Source of the DNA: Macrostomum lignano
Lineage: Eukaryota
Length of the DNA stretch: 64,000 bases
Reading direction: 5' to 3'
Assembly (NCBI GenBank): GCA_002269645.1
Contig: NIVC01000445.1
Span: 372,001-436,000, forward strand
Positions 1-11,429 of this stretch are shown here, one piece after another. The position numbers and the translations under genes are program-made. The notes under the pieces were generated by a model that had not been told where the DNA came from, did no database searches, and worked only from the letters and a program-made list of their open reading frames with translations. The stretch's first letter is position 1, and the number at the start of each line of letters is the position of its first letter.

Positions 1-34
1 CAAAAAGTTTTAGGCACCGTCGACTGTCACTCAC

Positions 35-1684
35 CCGAAACTACAACCACCAAGATAACCATGAGGAATTCAATGAAGAAAAATGCCATGTTAAATTCCA
101 ATATATCTGCAGATTATAACCGTACGGGTATTAGAATCCTAGATCGCTTATAAAATATTGTTTGCATTTGATTTTAGCTTACAGATTTCATCGGCGGAAA
201 AGTGTTCTCTGAAGATCTGTCCCGGATTACCGTTTCTCATGAACACGTCGTACTCCAGATACAGTCCCTGAAATCACGGTTGCGGATGCAGCCAGACCAA
301 CAGTAAATTCCTGGCCTAATTGAAAACTATAGTACTTTATACTTCTAGCAAATATTTTTAGATATCAACAAAATGTGCCACTCAGAATCAATATGATTTT
401 ACAACAGAATTTTCAAGCTTGCATAGATCGATATTTCTGCTTTAACTTCCTACTCCACTATTCACTGTCAAAAAGTCAGCAGCAAAGTCAGTCCTCCTAC
501 ATCCAGGATTGTGTAGCATGCAGTGCCGCTACATCCAGGATTGTGTAGCACACAGTGCCGCTACTTCCGGGATTGTGTAGCATGCAGTGCCGCTACTTCC
601 TGGATTGTGTAGCATGCAGTGCCGCTACATCCTGGATTGTGTAGCATGCAGTGCCGCTACATCCTGGATTGTGTAGCATGCAGTGCCGCTACTTCCTGGA
701 TTGTGTAGCATGCAGTGCCGCTACATCCTGGATTGTATAGCACACAGTGCCGCTACTTCCAGGATTGTGTAGCACACAGTGCCGCTACATGCCGCTGAAA
801 GAAGTTTTTTACCCATGCCGCAGCTGGTGGCTCTAACCATCAGGCGGTCCCATTTCCGTTTACCACGTCGTTCAAGAGCCTCATATGGGTTAATACCCGT
901 ATAATATTTTGCTACGTACTAACATTCTTTCCTAGGCAATTAGAGATCGCCATGAACCACCAGCGCTCTCTAGACGATGAGAATGGATAGTTTCGAGAGT
1001 TGCACGTGACGGAGTCATTGCCGCTGTAGACGCAGGTGCCATAGTCAGGATCTAGACGGAATATCTGGTAGCTGTTGACGTCTAACAGGGACTCCTTTTG
1101 GGCGCATGTCTGCATTGATATAAAGACCAGATATTTCTGCGCGAAAGGATTAAAATAGTAAAATTGATATTTATGACAAGCGCATACCATGCTGTCATTG
1201 TTGTAGACCATCGACCACAAATTTGGCTTGTCCCAGTACAATAGCAGGCTTTGAACCATAAACTTCTAAAATTCAGGTGCAAAATTTATCTAATAATATT
1301 CAATTCGATGCATTGTAACATTACTGATAGGATTTTTTCCATCAATAAGTTAATAGTTAAATTGTCACCCTTGGATATCGAAAGTTAAATTGCAGAATTC
1401 CTGCGGTTGGTAGAAAGCAGAATCTATCAAGAAATATCCAGTCCTAAAATTGAGTTAAGAAAGGTCTTTCAGAACTTTTAGTATGTTGCAAGGTAAGGTT
1501 GCACGGGTATAAAATGGTTTGTCAGTCGAATTTTCGGCTTCTACTTTATTTGTTCATGACTAAAGGTTTATAAAATCTGCTTATTCACCTTTTCAGTTTT
1601 CAGGACTCCACTGATACGTTTTCCACTCGCAACCGCTGCAGCTGATAATAAAGCCAAAAAAGAAAAGATTAGTTTACTATCCAT
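35..1684 (-). CDS. TMEM145: TMEM145-like (GPR180/TMEM145 family) paralog B, exons 1-6; continues off the left edge
   Basis: Exons 1589-1684, 1369-1443, 1188-1265, 924-1109, 183-267, 35-106, all GT-AG and in frame. Peptide MDSKLIFSFLALLSAAAVASGKRISGVLKTEK|DWIFLDRFCFL...FRYPR|...LLLYWDKPNLW...|...RERWWFMAISNC...|GLYLEYDVFMRNG...HFSADEI|YILEFN matches recalled TMEM145 motifs (DWVFLTRFCFL, RERWWYIALSKC, HFSADEFGILE). Confidence 0.9.
497..790. repeat. 32-bp minisatellite (acatcctggattgtgtagcatgcagtgccgct), ~9 copies, intron 4 of TMEM145 paralog B
   Basis: Direct reading; period 32 (units start at 531, 563, 595). Confidence 0.95.
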
Positions 1685-3699
1685 TTTGGCTATGCATGTA
1701 TTGGTTGACTATAGCATACATGTAGGCTGTCTAAAGAGTACGAGTTAGTAAGTTCGTTTAAATACGTGAATTTTTTGTTAAAACAAATTTCCAATTTCAA
1801 CTTTTCTATGTAATATTTGTTACATTTGCTACTAAAATTTAATATTTCTAATAAAAAACGATTATTGTCTCGTTTCGCAAAAGATATTAAAAAAAAATTT
1901 TTGCTCGCAAATTTTGTTATACTTGCTTAAGAAAACAAGTTTAATCCGTAAAGAAAATCTAAAAAAGAAATCGTATGGCGTGGCTCTGGAAAAAAATATA
2001 AATGAAAATATGTTGAAATCGTGGCCTAACTCAGTGCCTTATACGGCGAGTTAACTTCACTCGAGTTAACAGCAGGAACGAGAATACTAACTGATACAGT
2101 CAAATGGAGTTGCTGGTCGATGCCAAAAGTACTTCGTAGAGTTTTATTTTGGAAAGTTCTATTACTTCATAATTTGTCACCTCCCCGTTGGGGGCTAAGA
2201 TTACTAGTTCAATCCAACTATACTAAATATCCATAAAAACCTATTCTGTTTGTAGAATCGCAGTAATACTGAATTTTTGCCACATATAACTGCAGCCACA
2301 CCCCGTGCATGTTTTCTGCCCAAGCTCCGACCTGCGGCTCTATCGCTGTCCCAACAAGGTGAAATGTACGAGCTAACTCAATTTAAGGGGGGGCTGTACA
2401 CTAACCGCGGGCCCAACACTGCTTAACTTGCATAGTCAAAAAAGAAACACTACATAGTCTTCTGGTATTTTTTTCCTTCGTTTATTAAGGATGAGTCAGC
2501 AGTAAAGTACATGTAATATAATAGTAAGTATGTATTTAAATAAAACCGTTCGCATTCGCAACTACGAACTTGCGTAAAACTTCTATATTTAGATTGGGAC
2601 AGCCACAAATTGTGTAAAATGAATGTTGAAGTTTTTTGTTAAAAATAATATAAAATTCGATAGATGAGATCACAAATACTTTAACAACAAGATTGCCTAA
2701 AGCTGCCTGCCATGTACATTCTCAGCGGCGCTGGCCAATGTACATTAACGGCTGCGCCAATAGCAAGCTGTTTACGGGATGCAGGCCACTCCAACTGCCT
2801 TTATTTTCATAATATAGCTGACACATACTTCCTTACTACTGAACTGAAAGTAGTCGAAGTGGCTCCCTGTTTACTACATAGTGTATACGAGCCTGCATCT
2901 GTAAAATGAGACAAAAAAGAGCTAAAATATCAAATTTCAGCTGAACATAAAAAACTGTGTGGAGTCGGAAGTGACATATCGTGGGAGACTAATCGTGAGT
3001 ACCGGAAGTCAGGAAAAGGGAAGAGATTCAGAAGCATAGCATAAAATTAATAATTTCTCAGTTTTAAAAGCTATTCGTATTCTTGGAAGCAAAATCGTAC
3101 AGAATATTATTTTTAAAATTACCATGAAAAGCAATCTATAAACAGATAAATGACAGATAAAACAGCTGATACATCAAAAACTGCTAAATGTCATTGGAAG
3201 GTCCGCATCAATTCTTGACGGAAGAGTCTCTCACACAATAACGTTGGTACTTTTGTACCGAAATTGAAGCCATCTTTGCTTCATTATCAATTAACGAAAA
3301 GCTGGAGTAAAATAGCAGATATAAAAAAGGTTTTGACAAAAATTATTTCGGGGTAAACAAAAGTCGAATTTAAAACTCAACTTGGGTAGGCCAAATAATT
3401 AGTCCGCAACACTGTCAGCGTAAGGTTTGAATAAATTTAACAATTGCTCTGGAGATATTTTAGCTCAGATTTGAGTGCAACCAGCCATATGACAGCGACT
3501 CTGCAGTGAGCCATCAGCTGACTACAGCAGCAGGAATTGGAATTGGCTACATACCATGTAAGTCGATGTTCCATTATCACATGTTTTCACAGACTTTTAG
3601 CACTGACGTAATCAACTAGGTTAAATTATTATAGCAAGTTGGATGTCCAATTCTAGGCATGGCTTGTCTCTCAGTCAGAAATTTGCGTATTGTCTGTTG

Positions 3700-4222
3700 C
3701 CCAACCTATCCAACCTATGTCTATGCCCCATCTATGGCCCAACCTGTCCATATTATGTCTATGGCCTAACCTGTCCAATTATGTCTATGATCCAACCTGT
3801 CCATATTATGTCTATGGTCTAACTTGTCCGTATTATGTCTATGATCCAACCTGTCCATATTATGTCTATGATCCAACCTGTCCATATTATGTCTATGATC
3901 CAACCTGTACATATTATGTCTATGATCCAACCTGTACATATTATGTCTATGATCCAACCTGTACATATTATGTCTATGATCCAACCTGTCCATATTATGT
4001 CTATGGCCTAACCTGTCCATATTATGTCTATGATCCAACCTGTCCATATTATGTCTATGGCCTAACCTGTCCATATTATGTCTATGATCCAACCTGTATA
4101 TTATGTCTATGGCCCAACCTGTCCACATTATGTCTATGATCCAACCTGTCTATATTATGTCTATGCCCCAACCTGTATATTATGTCTATGGCCCAACCTG
4201 TCCAGCCAATTTCTATGGCCCA
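3700..4222. repeat. 27-bp minisatellite (tatgtctatgatccaacctgtccatat) between the two TMEM145 copies
   Basis: Direct reading; explains the repetitive ORFs 3690..4139 and 3766..4128. Confidence 0.95.
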
Positions 4223-4673
4223 ACGTGCCTTTGTTTTTAGTCTTTAAGCTTTAAATGTCCGTTTTCTAACTAGGCAGACTTAATTAAATTTGAAGTGCAG
4301 CTCTACAGTTTTAGTCTATGGCTAAAGTTCATTCATACAGATTGGAGTTTCTACTCAATCACGGAGCCAATATACTTGACAATTTCTTCACACAAAATCG
4401 TACTAAGGGGTTGTCAATCTAAGTTTTGGAATATAGCCAGCCTTTTGCGAGCTATCTAAGAAAAGCTGTTAGTTTAAGTCTCTGAATAGGCTCGCTCATT
4501 TTTTATGGTTTCCCGGTGTTTCCCTGTCTGCTCTCTTCTCTCTGCTGGCCACTATGTCTGGCTCTTTACCCAGCTTTTCTTCACTACGAGATCTGCGACC
4601 GAGTGCTGCTGAGAGCAGTTGTTCAATTTTTTCCAACGCCTAGATCACCTGCTTTTACAGGCAGGATTCAGCC

Positions 4674-7600
4674 TCAGATTGGTGGCAGCGTACCGCCGCG
4701 ACCAGCGCCGCCGCCACCCAGCGGCCCCCCGCGCATCCAGTCAGGTGGCTGCGCAGCGTCGGCCTCTCTGTCGGACGCAGAAGCGTCGTCATCAGTCAGT
4801 GGCGGCTGCTGCAGCGACGAAGTCTCACTCTGAACGTTGTCATGCTGATCTTCGTTAGAAGCCGCCGCCGCAACCGGACGGTCCTCGGTGTCCGCCCCGT
4901 CCGCGATGTCGTACGAGTTGAAATTCAATCCGGCGTCGTTCTCAACCAGCCGGGCTGCCCTGGAGACGCTTCCAGCCGGCGAGGCGGACTCAGAAACGGT
5001 ATCGGCGGCGACTGGCGTCGGCAGCATGACGCCTGAGTCCCAGTCACTGTCGCCGCTTCCGCCGACGCCGTCAGCGCCACCAAAACCAAACCCTGTGCTT
5101 GCAGCAGCAGCAGAAACCGCTGGGACGTAACTCTGACGCTGGTCTGGCACCGTGAAGATGGAGAAGTCCGTGAACTGGCGTCCGTCTGCGAGGTCGCCGG
5201 ATTCCTTGTTGGCCTCTGACTCCTCTTTGTCCGCCATCTGTGTGGCCACTTCGAAACTGATGACGTCGATCTGTAAAGAATATTGGTGCATAATTGAGTT
5301 ATTGGAGCATTTTGATTTTTCAAATCGAAGGCTTTGGGTTTTTATTTCAATTTGGTTCATAACACGTAAAACATCTAGCTAGGGCAGCGCATCTACCGTG
5401 TTGAGGGCAGAGCATCCTACGGTGTTGAGGGCAGAGCATCCTATGGTGTTTAGGGCAGAGCATCCTACGGTGTTGAGGGCAGAGCATCCTACGGTGTTGA
5501 GGGCAGAGCATCCTACGGTGTTGAGGGCAGAGCATCCTACGGTGTTGAGGGCAGAGCATCCTACGGTGTTGAGGGCAGAGCATCCTACGGTGTTGAGGGC
5601 AGAGCATCCTACGGTGTTGAGGGCAGAGCATCCTACGGTGTTGAGGGCAGAGCATCCTACGGTGTTGAGGGCAGAGCATCCTACGGTGTTGAGGGCAGAG
5701 CATCCTACGGTGTTGAGGGCAGAGCATCCTACGGTGTTTAGGGCAGAGCATCCTACGGTGTTGAGGGCAGAGCATCCTACGGTGTTTAGGGCAGAGCATC
5801 CTACGGTGTTGAGGGCAGAGCATCCTACGGTGTTGAGGGCAGAGCATCCTACGGTGTTGAGGGCAGAGCATCCTACGGTGTTTAGGGCAGAGCATCCTAC
5901 GGTGTTTAGGGCAGAGCATCCTACGGTGTTGAGGGCAGAGCATCCTACGGTGTTGAGGGCAGAGCATCCTACGGTGTTTAGGGCAGAGCATCCTACGGTG
6001 TTGAGGGCAGAGCATCCTACGGTGTTGAGGGCAGAGCATCCTACGGTGTTGAGGGCAGAGCATCCTACGGTGTTGAGGGCAGAGCATCCTACGGTGTTGA
6101 GGGCAGAGCATCCTACGGTGTTGAGGGCAGAGCATCCTACGGTGTTGAGGGCAGAGCATCCTACGGTGTTGAGGGCAGAGCATCCTACGGTGTTGAGGGC
6201 AGGGTAAATGGCAAGTCATGTTTACCAACAAACTGCTCTGGACCATTAAGCCCCTCACCCTCTATGGAAAGAATATTTCCATGGAGAAGCAGGTCCGCTG
6301 CCTGGGCCTCACTCTGGACCACAGGCTTAACTGGACTCCGCACATTCAAACTAAAGCCAAAAAAGCCCTGGCTGTACTGGTTCAGATCAGGCGCGCCGTG
6401 GGCACCACCTGGGGGCTCACCCCCAGGAAGCTGTGGTGGATTTACACTGCCATCATCCGCCCCTCGATCAGTTACGCCAGCCTCGTGTGGGCTAGCGGCC
6501 TGAGCGTCAAGAGCAACCTCGACGCTCTCTACAAAATCCAGGGCAGAGCCTGCCGCATGACTATGGGCGCTCCACCCTCTACTCCTTTTGAAGGCATGAA
6601 TGCCTTCCTCTGTGCCCCTCCTTTGGATATTTATATCAAAGGAGAGGCGGCGAAGAGCACCCGGCGTCTTCTGGATGCTGGGGTGGCCTTCAAGAAAGTG
6701 CGGGCCTTTAAGAAGCGGTCGCTTATCCCGCACTCTGACCTCTGCCTCAAGGCTCTCGAGGAGTGTGGCGGGCTCAACATCCTCACGGACTCGATCCCAG
6801 CCACCCTTCTCCTGAGCCAAAGGTATAAGGTCACCATTCAGCCTCGACACGAGGCGAGTGACAGCTGGAGCGACTCTGAAGTCCACTGTTACACTGACGG
6901 CTCTATGAGGCATGGTCTTTCAGGCTTCGGAGCTTGCGTCTTCTTCAAGGGAGAAGTGGTGTGGAGCTACTCCCAGCACACTGGCTCAACTCCAGTGTTT
7001 TTCAGAGCGAGGTGCTTGCCATCAGCTCCTGCGCGGCAGAGCTGCGCCGAAGGCAGCTTAGCGGCCGGAAATTTATTTTTCACTCTGACAGCCAAGCAGC
7101 CCTTCGGGCCCTCTGCCGCAGCACCGCCAGCTCCAGGTCCGTCCTGGACTGCAACACCCAGCTCAACGGGCTTGCGCTAGGCAACCAGGTGGAGCTCAGA
7201 TGGATCCCGGGCCACGCCGGCTTCCTCGGCAACGAGCGCGCTGACCTGCTGGCCAAGGCTGGCTCCGCCGGCGCGCTATTGGGGCCGGGCCCGGGTGCCC
7301 CCATCCCCGCCTCGGTGATCAATTCCCGCGTTAAGCGCTGGGCTGACTCCGAGCATCTCCGCAGGTGGCACGACACCCGGAATTGTAGGCAATCCCGTGC
7401 TGCCGTCCCCTGTCCCTCTCCTCTCCTGCGTAGAGCCCTCCTCAGGCTCAACCGCAGAGACCTCAGAGCAGTTAGCATGGCCCTCTCCGGGCATGGCTGC
7501 TTCTCTCGCCACCGCTTCCTTCAGGGCCAAGTACCCGAGGAGCGGTGCCCCTTCTGCCGCTCAGGCAGTGAAAACGCCGAGCATTTTATCTGCCACTGCC

Positions 7601-10600
7601 CGGTTTTCACCAGGGCCAGGCTTACTCACCTCGGGCCAAACCCGGTTCTCTCCGACGTTTGCAGGCCCGAGAGCATCCCGCTGCTCGCCCGGTACCTCAG
7701 GGACACCGGACGAGCTGATTTCTTCCCCACCGTCGGTGAGGAGGACCGCGCTGCAGGCGAGACCGACGGGTCCCCCTGAGCGACACCACTTCAACGGAAG
7801 TCGTTGGTCGCCAGGGGCTAGCGGAATGGGCGGTCTCCTCCGCCTCCTCGCTGCATCCGCCGGACGCCCCCTGCAGCTAAGTCAAGTTAAGTCAGTCCTA
7901 CGGTGTTGAGGGCAGAGCATCCTACGGTGTTGAGGGCAGAGCATCCTACGGTGTTGAGGGCAGAGCATCCTACGGTGTTGAGGGCAGAGCATCCTGTGGT
8001 GTTGAGGGCAGAGCATCCTACGGTGTTGAGGGCAGAGCATCCTACGGTGTTGAGGGCAGAGCATCCTACGGTGTTTAGGGCAGAGCATCCTACGGTGTTT
8101 AGGGCAGAGCATCCTACGGTGTTGAGGGCAGAGCATCCTACGGTGTTTAGGGCAGAGCATCCTACGGTGTTGAGGGCAGAGCATCCTACGGTGTTGAGGG
8201 CAGAGCATCCTACGGTGTTGAGGGCAGAGCATCCTACGGTGTTGAGGGCAGAGCATCCTACGGTGTTGAGGGCAGAGCATCCTACGGTGTTGAGGGCAGA
8301 GCATCCTACGGTGTTGAGGGCAGAGCATCCTACGGTGTTGAGGGCAGAGCATCCTACGGTGTTGAGGGCAGAGCATCCTACGGTGTTGAGGGCAGAGCAT
8401 CCTACAGTGTTGAGGGCAGAGCATCCTACGGTGTTGAGGGCAGAGCATCCTACGGTGTTGAGGGCAGAGCATCCTACGGTGTTTAGGGCAGAGCATCCTA
8501 CGGTGTTGAGGGCAGGGTAAATGGCACCCTTTTAAACTTGACAGGGAGACACTAGGTTACAGATTCACGACAGATGTTCGCATTCTCAAAATTTGCACTT
8601 TAATTACCCCCAGAATCAGCAGCCTAATGGAAATCGTTATGTCAGAAAGTAGAAAGAGCCCGACCAAGCTGAAGCGGCTATAAAGTGTGCTCTGGACGAC
8701 TAGCCAAACTAAGAGTATAGCCCTTAATTGTCGCGCTTTGCATTTAAAATTCCGATTTACCCCGAGCCTGACTACGTGGAAATGTATAGTTTAGAAGAGA
8801 GCAAGCTGAGCAATAGCTACTTGGAAAACCAGTGAGCAGACAAACACACATTCATTGCACTGTCTGACGCAGACTGGGACAATGGGCCTTAAGCCTTAAG
8901 TGAGCTCAGCTCAAAGACCCAGACTTAGACTCGGACTCTCTGGTATGGGGTAGAGAAAAAAATTTGTTCAAACAAAGCAGAGTGCAGAATCCAAAATTTC
9001 GAGAGAACAGAAATAGAGAGTTGAAAAGGCAGGAGAGTCTAAAGCAGGCCTCAGACGGTTTAAGCACAGCTACTAAGTGAATTTCTAAACACGATGTAGT
9101 TCCTTTCAGAAATTTGCTTTTAACGCAATTTACACTGTAAATGAGGCACTCACCTGGGTTGTCCTGATGTGGAATGGAAAATTCTTGTTGGCCAAACTCG
9201 GCCACGTCAGAATCAGGTAGAACAGGTGAGCCAAGAACAGGCTGATGACCTCGATGAAGTTTACAACCTTGGCCCGCATGTAGTCAGGCACCTGGTTGAT
9301 GTTCACGGCCACTGTGATTGGAATGGCGATGAACCACAAGCTGTAGAAGACGAGCATCGGAGTGTAGAAGACGACCTTCTTCTTGTGCTTGGACATTGTG
9401 AAGATGCTGCAGCCCACGTAGAACAGCCAGCATGCCAGAATGACGGCCATGAGTCCGTAGCCGGGCGAGCTCTCGTATCGGTAGAGCACCAGAGCTGCGT
9501 CAAAGGTCACAGCCTCGACTATGTACAGAGCGATGTAGGCGATGGAAAAGGAGGTCATAAATACGGACAGGCAGATGGCGCCCCAGTGAGGCAGACGACC
9601 GCAGACAACAGTGTAGCCAAGGCTGAGCAGCAGCAGCATGAGCACCATCAGGATCTGAGAGATCGCGTACATCCCGGTGCCTTCGGGGCGATTGAGTGTA
9701 GGAGTGGGCTTTTAGAGTAGAAAACTTCAAAGTAGAGCGGAGAGCAGACCACTTCAGGTGTACTAGGGAAGAGTGAGCGGAGAGCAGACCACTTCTCTTT
9801 CAATTTACTCACCAAGGTTTTTGAGCCCGGAATTTTCGTAGCCGAATGACGCATAGCTCAGGTAGGCACTGCAGGTCACGATGATTGAGGCAAAGAAGAA
9901 TACCACAGATGACAGGAAGATCTTGTAGGTCGAATGAAACATCTGAATGTCGGCTAGTTTGACTGAAAGGAAATGTTTAAGGTGACATATTGATTGACTC
10001 TACAAGAACGATATGAATTCTATTTTACTTTACTCACCGCTCACGACTATGACAAGAATCATCATGATCAGTTCAACAAAGAACGCAGCGATGTTAAACT
10101 CCAGAATGTCTGCGGAAGAAGGGGATTGAAAATAAAAAAAGCATCACAAATCGTAAAAATTACACTAAAGGTCGGTTTTTTGACTGAAAAATGCATTATC
10201 ACGGTAGGAAGTTATCGGATTTTCTACTAATAAATTGGCAATAGTTGCATCACTGAGACCAGATCACTATTAAATAATTAAAAACATTTAACAACAGTTT
10301 TTAGCTTACACAGCTCATCAGCGGAGAAGTGCTCACGGAAGAACTCGCCCGGTTCTCCATTCCGCATGACAACATCGTAGCGCAGGTAGAGGCCCTGGTT
10401 AAGTTTAAGTTTTTTAAATGCTATTTTCAATGTTAATTTGATTTCTATGTTACTCAATTGCTGGGCTATGGGAATTTTCTCTCACAATCTTTGATGCGCA
10501 GTTTGAGATGGCGAGGTACCACCAGCGCTCTCGGGCCGATATAAACCGGATACGCTCGGTCTTGCACACAATTGTGCCATTCTCCATGTTGCACATTGAC

Positions 10601-11429
10601 AGGCTCGTGTTCAAGCGGAATATCTGATTGTTATTCACGTCTAGCAGGCCCTCTTTTTGCTCGCAGGTCTGCCATTGTTTTACGAAATTATTTGTTAGAA
10701 TTCATAAAGAAATTGCAATGTAATTGGATGTGATGCTGTACATTTGCTTGCATTTTTCTTACCATGCTTTTGTTAGTATAAGCAGATTTCCATAGGTTTG
10801 GCTTGTCCCAGTAGAGAAGAAGGCTTTGTGTCTTGAATCCCTGCAGTTAATATGAATTATTTAGAGTAAAACAGTTGCAAGACACTGTTTATTCAAACAG
10901 CAATACAATCTCTCTCTTACCCTGGGGTATTTAAATTCAAATTGTAATGTTCCATCCTTGTTAAGGAAGCAGAATCTAGTCAAAAATTTCCAATTCTAAA
11001 ATTATTGTAGGTGATATTTAGGAATGATTATGCTTTTGTGCAGCAAATATTTCAAAAGTTACTTTTCTTTGCACAAATTTTTAAAGAAACAAATTTTTTG
11101 GCAGTTTTTTTTGAAATTTGACAATTTTCCGAGATATGAATGCATAAATATGTAATGCTTTTTAAAGAAGTTATTTGCCACGAATAGAAAGTCCTTTATT
11201 TCTTTAAAGTAGACCTGGATGTAACTATTTATTTAATAGTTTACTTCAATATATAATAAATCATAAAATTTAACATTGTCTACCGCAGAAAAAAACATAG
11301 CTTCTTTTTCTTATAAAAACTTACAACGTCTCCAGAAAGCGTTCCAGACACTCTCTTTCCCTGGACCAAGCCAGTGGAAAAAATAAATCCAGCGCTAAAA
11401 AGAACAATATATACAAGGCATGGGCGCAT
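4674..11429 (-). CDS. TMEM145: TMEM145-like paralog A, complete, 9 exons, ~623 aa
   Basis: Exons 11325-11429, 10921-10995, 10763-10840, 10486-10668, 10310-10394, 10038-10109, 9813-9962, 9154-9680, 4674-5270 sum to 1872 nt with consistent phases. Signal peptide MRPCLVYIVLFSAGF..., NWKFLTRFCFL, RERWWYLAISNC, HFSADEL, HSTYKIF, YRYESSPGYGL, ANKNFPFHIRTTQ|IDV. The join of exon 8 to the last exon across a 3.9-kb intron is inferred from phase-0 fit and the FTDFSIFTVP similarity to the TMEM145 tail. Confidence 0.88.
5381..6201. repeat. 24-bp minisatellite (gagcatcctacggtgttgagggca), ~34 copies, left of the LINE
   Basis: Direct reading; source of the VLRAEHPT / MLCPQHRR repeat ORFs. Confidence 0.97.
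6214..7895 (+). mobile_element. 5'-truncated non-LTR retrotransposon (LINE; RT C-terminus + RNase H + C-terminal CCHC; LOA/R1/I-group-like), antisense in TMEM145-A intron 8
   Basis: ORF 6218..7180: CLGLTLDHRLNW, WGLTPRKLWWIYTAIIRPSISYASLVW (RT C-terminal region), YTDGS. ORF 6934..7779: SVFQSEV, HSDS, WIPGHAGFLGNERAD (RNase H D-E-D-D), SGHG...CPFC...HFICHC. One-base frameshift near 6985-6995. Short 3' UTR and tail taagtcaagttaagtcag. Confidence 0.92.
7896..8514. repeat. Same 24-bp minisatellite, ~26 copies, right of the LINE
   Basis: Direct reading; ends with the same unique junction gggtaaatggca as the left array. Confidence 0.97.

Noticed and set aside
2400-2429. 5S rRNA-like fragment on the minus strand (aagttaagcagtgttgggcccgcggttagt)
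   Set aside because: Only ~30 nt of partial similarity, and the flanks do not continue the 5S sequence.
2965-3012. Two ETS-like CGGAAGT motifs as a promoter
   Set aside because: About 1.3 kb from the nearest ATG, with no TSS evidence; too short to support.
7826-7890. Resemblance to an HDV-like ribozyme (ctcc-gcc-tcctcgc...gg...gctaa)
   Set aside because: P2 cannot form (no ggag after gctaa), P3 has a mismatch, and such ribozymes sit at LINE 5' ends. An ordinary nested stem-loop explains the sequence.
9130-9153. TMEM145-A ending by read-through (QVSASFTV-stop at 9130)
   Set aside because: A strong CAG|gtgagt donor at 9153 and an in-phase terminal exon at 5270 fit better, though a short isoform cannot be excluded.
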